Origin: Marinosulfonomonas sp.
GTDB lineage: Bacteria > Pseudomonadota > Alphaproteobacteria > Rhodobacterales > Rhodobacteraceae
DNA length: 64,000 nucleotides
Assembly (NCBI GenBank): GCA_051251595.1
Contig: JBPOFA010000016.1
Location: forward strand, 10,626-74,625
Direction: 5' to 3'
The notes beneath the pieces are model-generated. The model did no database searches, was not told the origin of the DNA, and saw only the letters and a list, made by a program, of their open reading frames with translations. This document shows, in pieces, positions 1-9,810 of this stretch; within the stretch, counting starts at the first letter, position 1, and the number at the start of each line of letters is the position of its first letter. Made by a program: the position numbers and the translations under genes.

Positions 1-657
1 TCCGAACCGCTTGGCGCTTCGGGTGGCGCAACCTTCTCTAATCGTAAGTCTTTTTGTGCGTGAAATCGAAGAGCGCGCATGTCTTCACCTTCCAATTTGT
101 GTTTCTGGCAACCTGCTGACACCTAGCCCGTGGATGGTAAAAGCAAAGCCGGGTCGCAAGGCCACGACTGCCCCACAGTTTTCACTTAAAGCACAGACTT
201 CGATGGAGTCTGGCTTTGGCGCGTATCTCATATTTTTTCCAGCTTCGTGGGCCGATTTTAAGATGGGACCAGATTTAGCCCCCCAGTACGCGGGATTGAT
301 CAGAGGGGCCCCAAAGCCCCTGTTTCGCAACTGTCGGAAATAATTGGCGAAAACTTCGATTTGCAGCATCATTTCCTTTCCCGACAGCAAAGACGGCCAT
401 TCAAACTTTAGGCAATTCTAAGTACAAAATGCGCCATTGCAAGTTTTGTTGCGAAAGACTGATTCCTGCAAAACTCATTCGTTCTTATATGCGGGAAAGT
501 TTATGGAGCCCGGGAAAGGACTGTGGGGGCTGCTACGCCAGAGAAATGTGTGCGCCACAGCTTCTGCTGTCTTGCATTCAAAGCTGGCACCCGATGCTGG
601 ATGAACCAGATTTTCTGGGGATTCCGTCTTTGATTTTGCATCATGTGATATGGCTGG

Positions 658-1701
658 TCAATTAAGACGATGCCCATCCTCGGCAAACCAATGCAGGTGA
701 TCTTCGTCGATCCGCACCCGGATTTTTCCTCTGGTATGTGGGTCGATGCGATGGCGGAAGACCGCAATAAAGACTTCTCCGCCAATTCGAAGATGGGCGA
801 GCGTTTCGGATCCCAAGGGCTCTATGACGACGACCTCGGCCTCAACGCCCGATTCAGAATCAAGAAGAATATGTTCGGGCCGAACACCGAGGGTCGCGGC
901 GCCGTCGGGCACGTGCGACAGCGGAAACACGGTGCCGTCGCCAATCTGAAAGCCTGAATCGACGGTTTGGCCGTCGGAAAGGTTCATAGATGGGGACCCA
1001 ATGAAGCTGGCCACGAATTTATTGGCGGGGGTGTCGAAAAGCTCCAGCGGGGTGCCGATTTGTTCAATCGTACCGCCTCTCATGACAACAATGCGGTCTG
1101 CCATGGTCATGGCCTCGACCTGGTCATGTGTCACGTAGATGATCGTTGTCTTCAAGCGTTGGTGCAGCTCTTTGATTTCAGCCCGCATCTGAACGCGAAG
1201 TTGGGCGTCAAGGTTCGACAACGGCTCGTCAAAAAGGAATACCTGAGGGTCACGCACAATGGCCCGCCCCATGGCGACCCGTTGGCGTTGTCCGCCCGAA
1301 AGCTGTCGTGGATACCGATCAAGCAACGCCTCCAACCCAAGCACATTGGCGGCCTCTTTGACCGCCTCCGAGATCACATGTTTCGGTGCCTTCTGCAGGC
1401 GCAACGAGAATCCCAAATTCTGGGCAACCGTCATGTGCGGGTAGAGTGCGTAGTTCTGAAAGACCATTGCGACATCGCGATCCTTGGCGGCTACGTTGTT
1501 CACAACCCGGCCGCCTATGGATAGCTTTCCGTCAGAAATATCCTCGAGCCCGGCGATCATACGCAGCAGCGTGGATTTCCCGCAGCCAGACGGTCCAACA
1601 AAGATAACGAATTCACCATCTGCGATGTCAAATGTGATGTCTTTGAGCACGCGGACATCGCCGTAGCTCTTTCCAAGATTGGATATCGTTAGATCGGCCA
1701 T
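658..1701 (-). CDS. Sugar-type ABC transporter ATP-binding protein (MalK/UgpC family)
   Basis: ORF 658..1740. Walker A GPSGCGKST, signature LSGGQRQR, Walker B FLFDEPLS, and a C-terminal MalK-like domain. Start moved to ATG 1701 (MADLTISNL), which is preceded by AGGAGA. Confidence 0.9.
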   Translation of the reverse strand: MADLTISNLGKSYGDVRVLKDITFDIADGEFVIFVGPSGCGKSTLLRMIAGLEDISDGKLSIGGRVVNNVAAKDRDVAMVFQNYALYPHMTVAQNLGFSLRLQKAPKHVISEAVKEAANVLGLEALLDRYPRQLSGGQRQRVAMGRAIVRDPQVFLFDEPLSNLDAQLRVQMRAEIKELHQRLKTTIIYVTHDQVEAMTMADRIVVMRGGTIEQIGTPLELFDTPANKFVASFIGSPSMNLSDGQTVDSGFQIGDGTVFPLSHVPDGAATLGVRPEHILLDSESGVEAEVVVIEPLGSETLAHLRIGGEVFIAVFRHRIDPHTRGKIRVRIDEDHLHWFAEDGHRLN

Positions 1702-1904
1702 CAAATTCTCCTGGTGAATTTTCTTAAGCTCACTGTGCATATTCTCATCGGCGCGGCAACAAAAAACATCTTATTCAATCAAAACCCATCAGTAATCTTC
1801 GTTGTGGTCCGAATGCCCAAAGGTGATCATTGATAATTGAGGCCGGCGATGAACCAGAGTCGTGCCTGCCCCGATATGGGGAAGTGACATGGGAGGAAAG
1901 TGAC

Positions 1905-3206
1905 ATGAATTCGATAGGAATCTCTCGGCGCCGGCTGCTTAAACTGTCCGGAGCTGCGACCGCGGCCGGAGCTTTGGGGCTCGGCTCGCAAGCGTCCTAC
2001 GCGCAATCGGCAAGCGTAAAGGTTTGGGACCAGTATTCGTCAGAACCGATGCGTTCGGCGTTCCAAAAGGTCTTGGACCGGTTTGGCAGTGACGCGGGAT
2101 ACAACCTGATCCGCGAAGTGCAGCTTGGTGCAAGCATCAAGGATATCGCAGCGACAGCCTTGTCTTCGGGAACTGGCCCGGATTTGTTGCAGTACTCAGT
2201 TGGTCAAGGCAACGCCGGCTTGCTTGCGGACGCCAACCTGATCATCCCACTGGACGATTATGCAGCGGAATATGGCTGGCAAGATCGGCTAAGCAGTATC
2301 GCATTGCTAGAGGCCAGTTTGGGGGGCCGGATCTGGGGCGGTCCGCAAGAAAGCGAAGTTAGCATGTTATTTGTGAACAAGACCTTGTTCGCGCAGCTTG
2401 GCCTGGACGTCCCAAGCACGCATGAAGAAATGATTGCGGTTGCAAAAGAGGCCAAGAAGGCGGGCGTTATTGCGCTGGCCTATGGGCAGCAGGACTGGTT
2501 CCCAAGCTGGTGGGCCGCCTCGAATATTTTCGGAAATGCTATGGGCGCGAAGGCCACTGCGGACCTTACGTTCAACAACGTCGGTAGTCTGAACACACCT
2601 GAAGTGGTCGACGGGCTTGAAAAGTTCTGTGTCGAGTTGCCCGAGGCTGGTGCATTTGTGGATCAGGTGAATTCTTTGCCGTTTGGCGATGCGCAGGCTT
2701 TGTTCCAGGCGGGTGGCGCGTTGATGTTGCTGACAGGCACGTGGAGCGTCGGGGCCATCGAAGAAACTATGACTGGCGTTGATGTGGATATCATGCCGAT
2801 GTGGTCCTTTGACGGCAAGCCGCGCGCATATCCAACCGGCTCTGGCTCGGCGATGTATATCTCTGCTGCAAGTGAAGCGAAGGATGAGACCGCCGCCTTG
2901 ATCAACTTCCTTTATGAGGTTGATATGGTGAAACTCATGATCGAAGAGGCAAGCATCATCGGGCCGGTCGAGGTCGATGCATCCACGCTTAACCTCAGTC
3001 ATCTGCAGATGCGATCCGCTCAGTCGGTTTCGACCGGTGATGGTGATCCGGCTGTCACCCAGAGCGCCTTTGTCCATCACGGCTTGGGCGGGTCTAACCT
3101 GCACAAGTTGTTGACAGGGGGCTTCCAAGCGATCTTCTCTGGGGATACGACGGCCAAGGAACTTGCTGCGGATCTGCAAGCGGCCTGGGAAAAAGACAAT
3201 TCCTGA
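1905..3206 (+). CDS. ABC transporter substrate-binding protein, family 1 (carbohydrate/CUT1 type)
   Basis: ORF 1830..3206. Start moved to ATG 1905, preceded by GGGAGGAAAG. Twin-arginine-like signal MNSIGISRRRLLKLSGAATAAGALGL. Length and composition are typical of sugar SBPs. Confidence 0.85.
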   Translation: MNSIGISRRRLLKLSGAATAAGALGLGSQASYAQSASVKVWDQYSSEPMRSAFQKVLDRFGSDAGYNLIREVQLGASIKDIAATALSSGTGPDLLQYSVGQGNAGLLADANLIIPLDDYAAEYGWQDRLSSIALLEASLGGRIWGGPQESEVSMLFVNKTLFAQLGLDVPSTHEEMIAVAKEAKKAGVIALAYGQQDWFPSWWAASNIFGNAMGAKATADLTFNNVGSLNTPEVVDGLEKFCVELPEAGAFVDQVNSLPFGDAQALFQAGGALMLLTGTWSVGAIEETMTGVDVDIMPMWSFDGKPRAYPTGSGSAMYISAASEAKDETAALINFLYEVDMVKLMIEEASIIGPVEVDASTLNLSHLQMRSAQSVSTGDGDPAVTQSAFVHHGLGGSNLHKLLTGGFQAIFSGDTTAKELAADLQAAWEKDNS

Positions 3207-3240
3207 TACTGACACGGCGAAATGGGAGGCGGAGCGTAAA

Positions 3241-4206
3241 ATGACGGACAATGCGTCCAAAGCGGTGTTTTCGCAAAACTCCGATCCCGATACGCCTGAC
3301 GAGACTGGCTGGCGGTTATCCGCCAGTCAGAGACAAGCTGTTTTCGGCTACGCCCTGCTCTTGGGGCCTTTTTTGATTTACGGCTATTTCATGCTGATCC
3401 CGTTGATTCGCACAGCCTATTTCAGCCTGACCAGCTGGAACGGTGTCACAGCCGAAAAAACCTTTGTCGGATTGGACAATTTCGTCCGAATGGCGTTTGA
3501 TCCGCTGTTCTGGGGGGCACTTACGAACACGGCAATTTGGGTCATTGGCGGCACAATTTTTGAGCTGGCCATAGCGTTGCTATTGGCGATGTTGGTTTGG
3601 AACCGACCACGTGGCTTTATGATCTATCGGACCATCTTTTTTATGCCGATGGTCCTGCCTGCTGTCGTTGTGGGGGTCGTGTGGATTTGGATTTACAGTC
3701 CGCTGTTCGGCATTCTGAACAGGGGCCTTAAGACGGTAGGCCTGGAAAGCTGGGCCCTTGGTTGGTTGGGGGATCCAGGCATTGCCCTTTATTCTGTGCT
3801 TGCCGCTTCGATCTGGGCGCATGTCGGGTTGTCCTTTGTGATATTTGTGGCGGCGCTTCAAAACGTGGATGAAGAGCTTTTGGACGCGGCAAAGATCGAC
3901 GGCGCGACCGCTTGGGAAAGATTTTACTTTGTTGTGGTCCCCCAGCTTTCCAACGCGATCACCCTGGTGGCGGTTTTGTTGCTTGTACATGGGTTGAACG
4001 GGTTTGATCTGATCTGGGTCATGACGCATGGCGGCCCCAATGACTCTACTCAAATTCTGGCCACCTATGCCTATGAAACGGCGTTCGTTCAAAACGAGGC
4101 TGGCTATGGTTCAGCCATTGCTTTGGTCCTCGCGGCGATTGCGCTTTTCGTGTCCGTCGCTACGGTCAATATGCGTGAGCGAACAGCAGCGGGGCAATCC
4201 TCATGA
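3241..4206 (+). CDS. ABC transporter permease (MalF/UgpA-like)
   Basis: ORF 3163..4206. Start moved to ATG 3241 with GGGAGG upstream. Multiple hydrophobic helices and the permease EAA loop DAAKIDGATAWERFYFVVVPQL. Confidence 0.85.
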   Translation: MTDNASKAVFSQNSDPDTPDETGWRLSASQRQAVFGYALLLGPFLIYGYFMLIPLIRTAYFSLTSWNGVTAEKTFVGLDNFVRMAFDPLFWGALTNTAIWVIGGTIFELAIALLLAMLVWNRPRGFMIYRTIFFMPMVLPAVVVGVVWIWIYSPLFGILNRGLKTVGLESWALGWLGDPGIALYSVLAASIWAHVGLSFVIFVAALQNVDEELLDAAKIDGATAWERFYFVVVPQLSNAITLVAVLLLVHGLNGFDLIWVMTHGGPNDSTQILATYAYETAFVQNEAGYGSAIALVLAAIALFVSVATVNMRERTAAGQSS

Positions 4207-5045
4207 GCGATTCAGGAAATCCATCGGTCTATACTGCTGCGCGTGTCATTCAATATGTGGTCCTGACGCTCTTTGCGGTTTTGTTTATCCTTCCCTTCAT
4301 TTGGCTTTGGTCGTCGGCGCTCAAGACCCCGGCCGAGATCATGCTTGATCCCTTTGCTTTGCCGAGCGATCCGCAGTGGGGCAATCTAAGCAAGGCTTGG
4401 ACCACGGGCCAGTTCAGCAGCTATATTGGAAATTCGTTTCTGTACTGCGCGATCATTGTGCCGATCGTTTTGGTGTTTTGCAGTGCTGCGGGCTATGCGC
4501 TTGGCAGTCTGCGGGTGCCGGGTGAAAAGATCATCTTTCCAATCTTCTTGCTTGGGATCATGATTCCGATCCAGGCGATCATGATCCCGCAATTCCATCA
4601 AGTCCGGGGACTGGGCTTGCTTGGAAGTGTTGGGGGCATCGTTATACCAGGCGTCGCTGTCGGACTGGCATTCGGTGTCTTTTTGATGCGTGCCTTTTTC
4701 CGTGGGCTGCCCAAAGAAATCGCTCAGGCGGCCAGATTGGATGGGGCGACGGAATGGCAAGTCTTCTGGATGGTCATGTTACCGATGGCGCGATCAGGTC
4801 TGGTCACGCTGGCGGTGTTTCAGTTCATGATTTCCTGGAACATGTTTCTGATCCCGCTACTGTATGGCCAAAGCGAAGGGCTGCGCCCCATTGCCACCGG
4901 CATCCTGTTCTTTATCGGCCGGTTCACGATGGATAGGGGCATGATTGCCGCGGGGGCTACGCTTTCGACCATCCCGATCATCGTCGTGTATTTGCTGTTG
5001 CAACGCTATGTCATTTCCGGCCTGACCGCCGGGGCGGTCAAGTAA
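4203..5045 (+). CDS. ABC transporter permease (MalG/UgpE-like)
   Basis: EAA loop QAARLDGATEWQVFWMVMLPMA and six hydrophobic segments. Start overlaps the upstream stop (ATGA at 4203-4206). Confidence 0.85.
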   Translation: MSDSGNPSVYTAARVIQYVVLTLFAVLFILPFIWLWSSALKTPAEIMLDPFALPSDPQWGNLSKAWTTGQFSSYIGNSFLYCAIIVPIVLVFCSAAGYALGSLRVPGEKIIFPIFLLGIMIPIQAIMIPQFHQVRGLGLLGSVGGIVIPGVAVGLAFGVFLMRAFFRGLPKEIAQAARLDGATEWQVFWMVMLPMARSGLVTLAVFQFMISWNMFLIPLLYGQSEGLRPIATGILFFIGRFTMDRGMIAAGATLSTIPIIVVYLLLQRYVISGLTAGAVK

Positions 5046-5071
5046 GACGATTTTCAGTCAGTGGGGAAAGG

Positions 5072-5099
5072 CCCGGCCGATGCAGTTTGCAGGGCCGGG
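5072..5099. terminator. GC-rich hairpin between convergent genes (candidate bidirectional terminator)
   Basis: CCCGGCC-N14-GGCCGGG lies between the permease stop (5045) and the GH127 stop (5146). There is no clear U-tract. Confidence 0.35.
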
Positions 5100-5145
5100 A
5101 AGGGGGCGGTATTGACGCATGTTGTGCGTCGGCAAAGGCAAGGCT

Positions 5146-7089
5146 TTAGTCCCTTGGTAAGATCGGTAGCCAGACCGCCATTTCTGCATCCCCCCGATTG
5201 TCCCAGGCGAAATAGGGAACGAGCGTTGCTTCGATGCTCTGGAATTGCGGCTGTTCACGGCGCCGATACAGCGTATCGTCCGACCAGTTTTGCGCTTTGC
5301 GCGCCCAGAATTTACCCTTCAGAACCCCAAGCTCTACCCCCGCGACGTCCTGCTTTTCGAAAACGAAATTTGCATCGGGGCCAAGATGCACATCTTCGAC
5401 AGAGACACCCTTTGGCAAGTCGACCGATTCCAGGCAATACACGACCGGCCCTCTTTGGACTGCGACATGATTGTGGTTTTCCTCGACAAGCGGGTGGCTT
5501 TCAATAAGTGCTGGTTCGATCGGCAACGACAAGCCAATTCGATCGCCCGCAGCCCATTCACGTTCTATCGAGACATAGCCATCCGTCAATTCGAGGTTTT
5601 CGATCTTGGTGCCGTTGACTGAAACGGCAAAACTTTCGGCCCAGCCCGGAATGCGAAGCGCAATGGGGAACGTTGTTCCAACGTCTGTTGCCTCGACTAA
5701 AACCTCTATTTCGCCGTCCCAGGGGTAGTCCGACGACATGGTGCATGTGATTGATGTGCCATCTGGCCGTTCAAACGTAACCGTTCCACTGCCATAGAGC
5801 AGGTATGCCGGGCCGCCATTGCGAAGAAACCCCTGCTTGTCCGGGGAACTTGCGACAGTGCGGACGACATTCGGCGGGCAACAAAAGCTTTCGATAAAGT
5901 CTTCACGGTGTGCGCCCCACTTTAGCGAATGCGGGTGGTCGTGCACGCAGCGCAGCGGGTTGGTGTAGAAATAGGCGTCGCCATCCAGGTCAATCCCGGA
6001 CAGGATCGTGTTCAAGAGCGCGCGCTCCATCTCGTCGCCGTATTTGCCTGACCCAAAGGCTTGCGCCATGCGGAAGTTCCACAAATAGCTGCCCACTGTT
6101 GCGCAGGTTTCGTTGTAGCCTGCGACATTTGGCAATTCATAGGCGCGGCCAAAGCTTTGGTGTGTGGTCTGGGTCAGGGCCCGATTGGCAACCCCGTAAG
6201 GCGATACGCCGTCATAAAGCGGTGCACAGCCCCCGGTGATGTACATCTTGCGGGCCACCATGTCGTTCCAGACCGCTTCTAGAACGGTGCGATAGTCTTC
6301 ATCGCCTTTGCCCATGTAAAGATCGGCCAGTCCGGCATAAAGATAGGTTGCGCGAACGCCGTGGCCTACGATCTCACGCTGTTCTTTCGTCGGAGTCCGG
6401 TCCTGATTGTCGTCATTGCCCTCGGGCACCATATCGCGCATCAGGATCAATTTCTCGAGCAGGTCGAGATAGCTTTGGTCTTGCGTGATCCTGTAAAGCT
6501 CGGCCAGCCCCATATAGTGTGACGGGCAGATGGCCGTGCGGGGGGTGGCCTCTCCTAGATTTGAGAATTGCTTTGCAATGTAGCCGGCTGCGCGCTTGCC
6601 CAGTTCCAGAAGGTTTGTTTTGCCCGTGGTCTGATAATGCGTGGCGCCGGCGCTCATTAGATGGCCCATGTTGTACACCTCAAAATTGAGGTCGTCGCCC
6701 AGTTCCTCATAGGCGCCGTTGTTGCGGCGTTGAATGGCGTCGTAGGTAAAGATGTAACCGTCGTCGCGTTGCACTTTGGCGATGGTTTCAATGATCTTGT
6801 CCAGCTCTTGGTGCCAGCCCGCGTCGTCAGACGCACCGTAGACCCTGATCGCCCCTTCAAGCCACTTGTAGACGTCGCCATCCCAAAAGGGGGGACCATC
6901 ATGTTCGCCCTCAGCTTCACCTACGGCAATTCGGAAATTCCGCCATGCGGGGGCGATTTCTTCATTCTGGTAGAGCGACCACATATGCGGAACCATTTGA
7001 TTGCGGCACGTGTCCCACCGGTCTTTCCAGAAGCCACCCGTCCATTTTCCGGTGACGTTGCCTTGCGACAATAAAGCATTCATATCCAT
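5146..7089 (-). CDS. Glycoside hydrolase family 127 protein (DUF1680; HypBA1-type beta-L-arabinofuranosidase-like), cytoplasmic
   Basis: ORF 5146..7140. Start moved to ATG 7089 (MDMNALL), preceded by AGGGAGAG. Contains NETCATVG and SFCCPPNVV, matching the Glu/Cys3 zinc site and Cys nucleophile motif of GH127 enzymes. No signal peptide. Confidence 0.85.
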   Translation of the reverse strand: MDMNALLSQGNVTGKWTGGFWKDRWDTCRNQMVPHMWSLYQNEEIAPAWRNFRIAVGEAEGEHDGPPFWDGDVYKWLEGAIRVYGASDDAGWHQELDKIIETIAKVQRDDGYIFTYDAIQRRNNGAYEELGDDLNFEVYNMGHLMSAGATHYQTTGKTNLLELGKRAAGYIAKQFSNLGEATPRTAICPSHYMGLAELYRITQDQSYLDLLEKLILMRDMVPEGNDDNQDRTPTKEQREIVGHGVRATYLYAGLADLYMGKGDEDYRTVLEAVWNDMVARKMYITGGCAPLYDGVSPYGVANRALTQTTHQSFGRAYELPNVAGYNETCATVGSYLWNFRMAQAFGSGKYGDEMERALLNTILSGIDLDGDAYFYTNPLRCVHDHPHSLKWGAHREDFIESFCCPPNVVRTVASSPDKQGFLRNGGPAYLLYGSGTVTFERPDGTSITCTMSSDYPWDGEIEVLVEATDVGTTFPIALRIPGWAESFAVSVNGTKIENLELTDGYVSIEREWAAGDRIGLSLPIEPALIESHPLVEENHNHVAVQRGPVVYCLESVDLPKGVSVEDVHLGPDANFVFEKQDVAGVELGVLKGKFWARKAQNWSDDTLYRRREQPQFQSIEATLVPYFAWDNRGDAEMAVWLPILPRD

Positions 7090-7252
7090 TTCTCTCCCTA
7101 CACGGTTAAATCTTTCATCCGAACGTTCTTTGTTGGACAAGGTCGAAATCAGTCGGACAGGCCATCAACTTTATCGAGCAATGGCCGATGCCCAATTCCT
7201 GGCGCATCCGACGGCATGAGGTCTCTAGTCTTGGTCGCATCGAAAAAGGGGG

Positions 7253-8536
7253 TCATCCTTTCGTTTTCTCCTCGTCCAAAGCGGCGAAATCGTCAAACAG
7301 ACGCTCTGCGCCCAACTGCCCGCCTTTTAGAAGTATCTGAATCCCGTCGCGATCGGGGCGGTCGCTGCGTGTGGTGCAGATACATGTTCCGCACCCGAAC
7401 CTGGTTCGATAGGCCAGCCCCCAAATGTCGATGTTCTGCGCCACGGCGCTAGACGTGTCTCCTCCGGCAATGGCAAGCCGCTTGACGGGTGCGCGGTCTA
7501 GGACCGCATCGACAAGTCTGCCGCATTCATCTGAAAACCCCCGTTTTGCCCGTGTGGGGCGAGGGCGGTCTGGCGCCGAGGAGGCAATTAAGACATTGCG
7601 CCCCGCATTCAAATCAGAGGCTGCCGCATCAATAAGCCCAGTTCGGAACGGTTCCGACGTGATGGTTTCGGGTTCAACCTGGTATTTTCTGTAACTTTGC
7701 GCGGCAGCGATCTGGGCGCTTGTGGCTTGTGACAGGCTTCCTGCGAATGCAAGCACAGGCCCTTTGAAAGCGGGGGCCTGGAAAAGCGGAGCAACGTTTC
7801 GTTTTGCGAACCAGGCCTCGGCAACACCGCTTGCGCCCAGAACAGCAAACGACCCCTCGCAAGCATGGAGCATGGCCCCAAATTGATCGACGTGGTGTTG
7901 CGTCAGGGCGTCGAACAAAACAAACTCGGCATCCGTGGCGGTTAGCCGTTTCGCAAGGTCTTTTGCTGGGATGGTTTCAAGATCCACAAAGGAAATCGCG
8001 TCGGTCTTGGTGGCCCCAAGATCGTTCAGGTGGCGCGTTAGGTCGGCCTCTACCATTGGCGTTGAAGGGTGTTGGCTCATTGTTGGATGTCGGTCCAGCC
8101 GGTAGGTGCTGTCCCCAAACTTTGCGAAAAGGTTTGAGAATACACAGTACCGCTCCAGCGACGGCTGACCGCCCAGAACCGCAACTGTGGCGCTTGTGGT
8201 GTGGCTTGCCAGGACTTTGGCGGCGCTTGCAAGGTTTCCGACGGATTTCGCGCTGTCAAAGGTTGAACAGCATTTGTAATTCAAAACCTTGCATTCTGAA
8301 TCGCGAAAGAAACGGCCTGCGCGATCCAGCTTGGATGCTATGTCCGCATTGCCCATGGTTCTGGTTGCCCCGGCAATCCCTATGGCGTCGAGCGCGCCAA
8401 TATCGGCCAGCTTTGCGTCATCCGGCACCTCTAGAAACAAGAAAGCGCGGTGGCCGCGTTCGGCGATGGTCGCAAGCATATCTGTTGCGCCGGTGAAATC
8501 GTCGCCGTACCACCCGTATGTAGGGCGGTTTTTCAT
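7253..8536 (-). CDS. Four-carbon/branched acid-sugar kinase family protein (DUF1537)
   Basis: ORF 7253..8755. The real start is ATG 8536 (MKNRPTYGWYGDDFTGATD, the typical DUF1537 N-terminus). It overlaps the RLP stop as ATGA. The Arg-rich extension upstream of it is non-coding shadow. Confidence 0.85.
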   Translation of the reverse strand: MKNRPTYGWYGDDFTGATDMLATIAERGHRAFLFLEVPDDAKLADIGALDAIGIAGATRTMGNADIASKLDRAGRFFRDSECKVLNYKCCSTFDSAKSVGNLASAAKVLASHTTSATVAVLGGQPSLERYCVFSNLFAKFGDSTYRLDRHPTMSQHPSTPMVEADLTRHLNDLGATKTDAISFVDLETIPAKDLAKRLTATDAEFVLFDALTQHHVDQFGAMLHACEGSFAVLGASGVAEAWFAKRNVAPLFQAPAFKGPVLAFAGSLSQATSAQIAAAQSYRKYQVEPETITSEPFRTGLIDAAASDLNAGRNVLIASSAPDRPRPTRAKRGFSDECGRLVDAVLDRAPVKRLAIAGGDTSSAVAQNIDIWGLAYRTRFGCGTCICTTRSDRPDRDGIQILLKGGQLGAERLFDDFAALDEEKTKG

Positions 8537-9798
8537 GTCCGTGGGCCGAAGAAGTCGTATGCGCGATCGAGGGCCGCGCTGTTTTTTCGTGCTGTGTTCA
8601 CGTCGACACCTTCCAACACGGCCTGCCATGCATCGCGCAAACTTTGCACCCCGGCCGCTCCTCCATCTGGATGCGCAAGAATGCCGCCGCCCGCCATGAA
8701 AAGAAGATCTGCCGTGCCCGTGGCCTGATAGGTCAGCGGCACGGTGCCTGCCCATTGGCCGTTGGAAAATGCAGGCAAGACACGGTCATCCGTGTTTGCC
8801 ATCGGTGTCAGGCAGGCCTGAGCCCCGACAACGACCTCTTCGTCTTTTTGCGCGAACTTGCCCTGCAATCCGTGCACATGAAAGTGATCCACCCCCGACA
8901 GCCGCCAAAGCGCTTGGTAGGCCTCGATGCCAATGCCAAGTGCCGGATGTCGTGACACGGCGCCATAACCGTTTCGGTGCGCATGCAGGGCCATATCAGT
9001 GCTCTTGCGCAGGGTTTGGGCGGCAGAAAAGCCGCACCAGTTCATGCTGAACATAGCGCAACTGCCCCCTTCGGCCTGGATGAGATCAAGGTGCCGTTGC
9101 ATGGCGCTGGTTTCGTCGCTGATGTTGAAACCGACCATTACGTTCTTGCCGGTGCGTTCACGGTGGTCGCGGATAACTTTCATGACCGCCGGCACGCGTT
9201 GTGCAAGGGGCGCATGGACCGGGTCGGCGCAAATTTCGTCGTCCTTAATAAAGTCCACACCTGCCTCGCACAGCGTGCGAACGATGTCTGCGGTGTCCTG
9301 TGCGGTCATGCCCACATTCGGTTTGATGATTGTCCCAATCATCGCGCCCGTTTCGACGCCTGCGGCCGAACGGGTTCCCGCGACACCAACCTGTGGCAAG
9401 GGAAACTGCGCCCGGTATTCGGGGGAGAGCGTAATCCGCTCTAGCCGAAGTCCGGTGGTCTCGCCCAGATCGAACAAGTTGCCTGCAACGGTCGCCACAA
9501 GCGTGGGCAAGTTGGCGCCCACATTGGCTACAGGAAAACGTAACCGGATTTTCGCCCTTTCAACGGGGCCGTTCAACCCTTTGCGGGAAAGCCATGCGCT
9601 TGGAAGGGAAGGCGAAACCTGACCCAGGCTTTCGACGCTGACCACCTCTGCACGGGCGCGCAGGCGCAATGCGTCGGTCTCACCAGAAACGCGTGTGAAG
9701 GTGCCGCAGGATTGTTCGCCGGCCATCGTCGCCGCAACGGCCCCTGGGGCAAGGGGCGTTTCGATAAGATAGTCGGCTTCGAAATGATCTGGGGACAT
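8533..9798 (-). CDS. RuBisCO-like protein (form IV RLP, large-subunit homologue)
   Basis: 421 aa with the RuBisCO large-subunit motif series GEQSCGTFT, AGNLFD, IIKPNVGM, GVDFIKDDE, HAHRNG, DHFHVHGLQGK and MAGGG. No small subunit or phosphoribulokinase gene is nearby. Confidence 0.9.
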   Translation of the reverse strand: MSPDHFEADYLIETPLAPGAVAATMAGEQSCGTFTRVSGETDALRLRARAEVVSVESLGQVSPSLPSAWLSRKGLNGPVERAKIRLRFPVANVGANLPTLVATVAGNLFDLGETTGLRLERITLSPEYRAQFPLPQVGVAGTRSAAGVETGAMIGTIIKPNVGMTAQDTADIVRTLCEAGVDFIKDDEICADPVHAPLAQRVPAVMKVIRDHRERTGKNVMVGFNISDETSAMQRHLDLIQAEGGSCAMFSMNWCGFSAAQTLRKSTDMALHAHRNGYGAVSRHPALGIGIEAYQALWRLSGVDHFHVHGLQGKFAQKDEEVVVGAQACLTPMANTDDRVLPAFSNGQWAGTVPLTYQATGTADLLFMAGGGILAHPDGGAAGVQSLRDAWQAVLEGVDVNTARKNSAALDRAYDFFGPRT

Positions 9799-9810
9799 CC
9801 ACTGTTCCTG

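Noticed and set aside
11-390. ORFs 11..343 (+) and 85..390 (-) at the left edge of the window
   Set aside because: They overlap each other on opposite strands. Neither has motifs I recognise or a convincing ribosome-binding site, and the region is compositionally atypical. I cannot decide which, if either, is real, so I made no feature call.
7253-8755. N-terminal extensions offered by the ORF track (7253..8755, 18347..19813, 24878..25963, 28521..30482, 48433..49431, 52922..53488, 5146..7140, 1830..3206)
   Set aside because: In each case an internal ATG with a Shine-Dalgarno-like sequence coincides with the conserved family N-terminus. The extension overlaps the upstream gene or an operator and has shadow-ORF composition.
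8533-9798. RLP as a genuine CO2-fixing RuBisCO / Calvin-cycle locus
   Set aside because: There is no small subunit, phosphoribulokinase or other cbb gene nearby. The K177 equivalent is Asn, and the gene is translationally coupled to an acid-sugar kinase, the hallmark of form IV RLPs.
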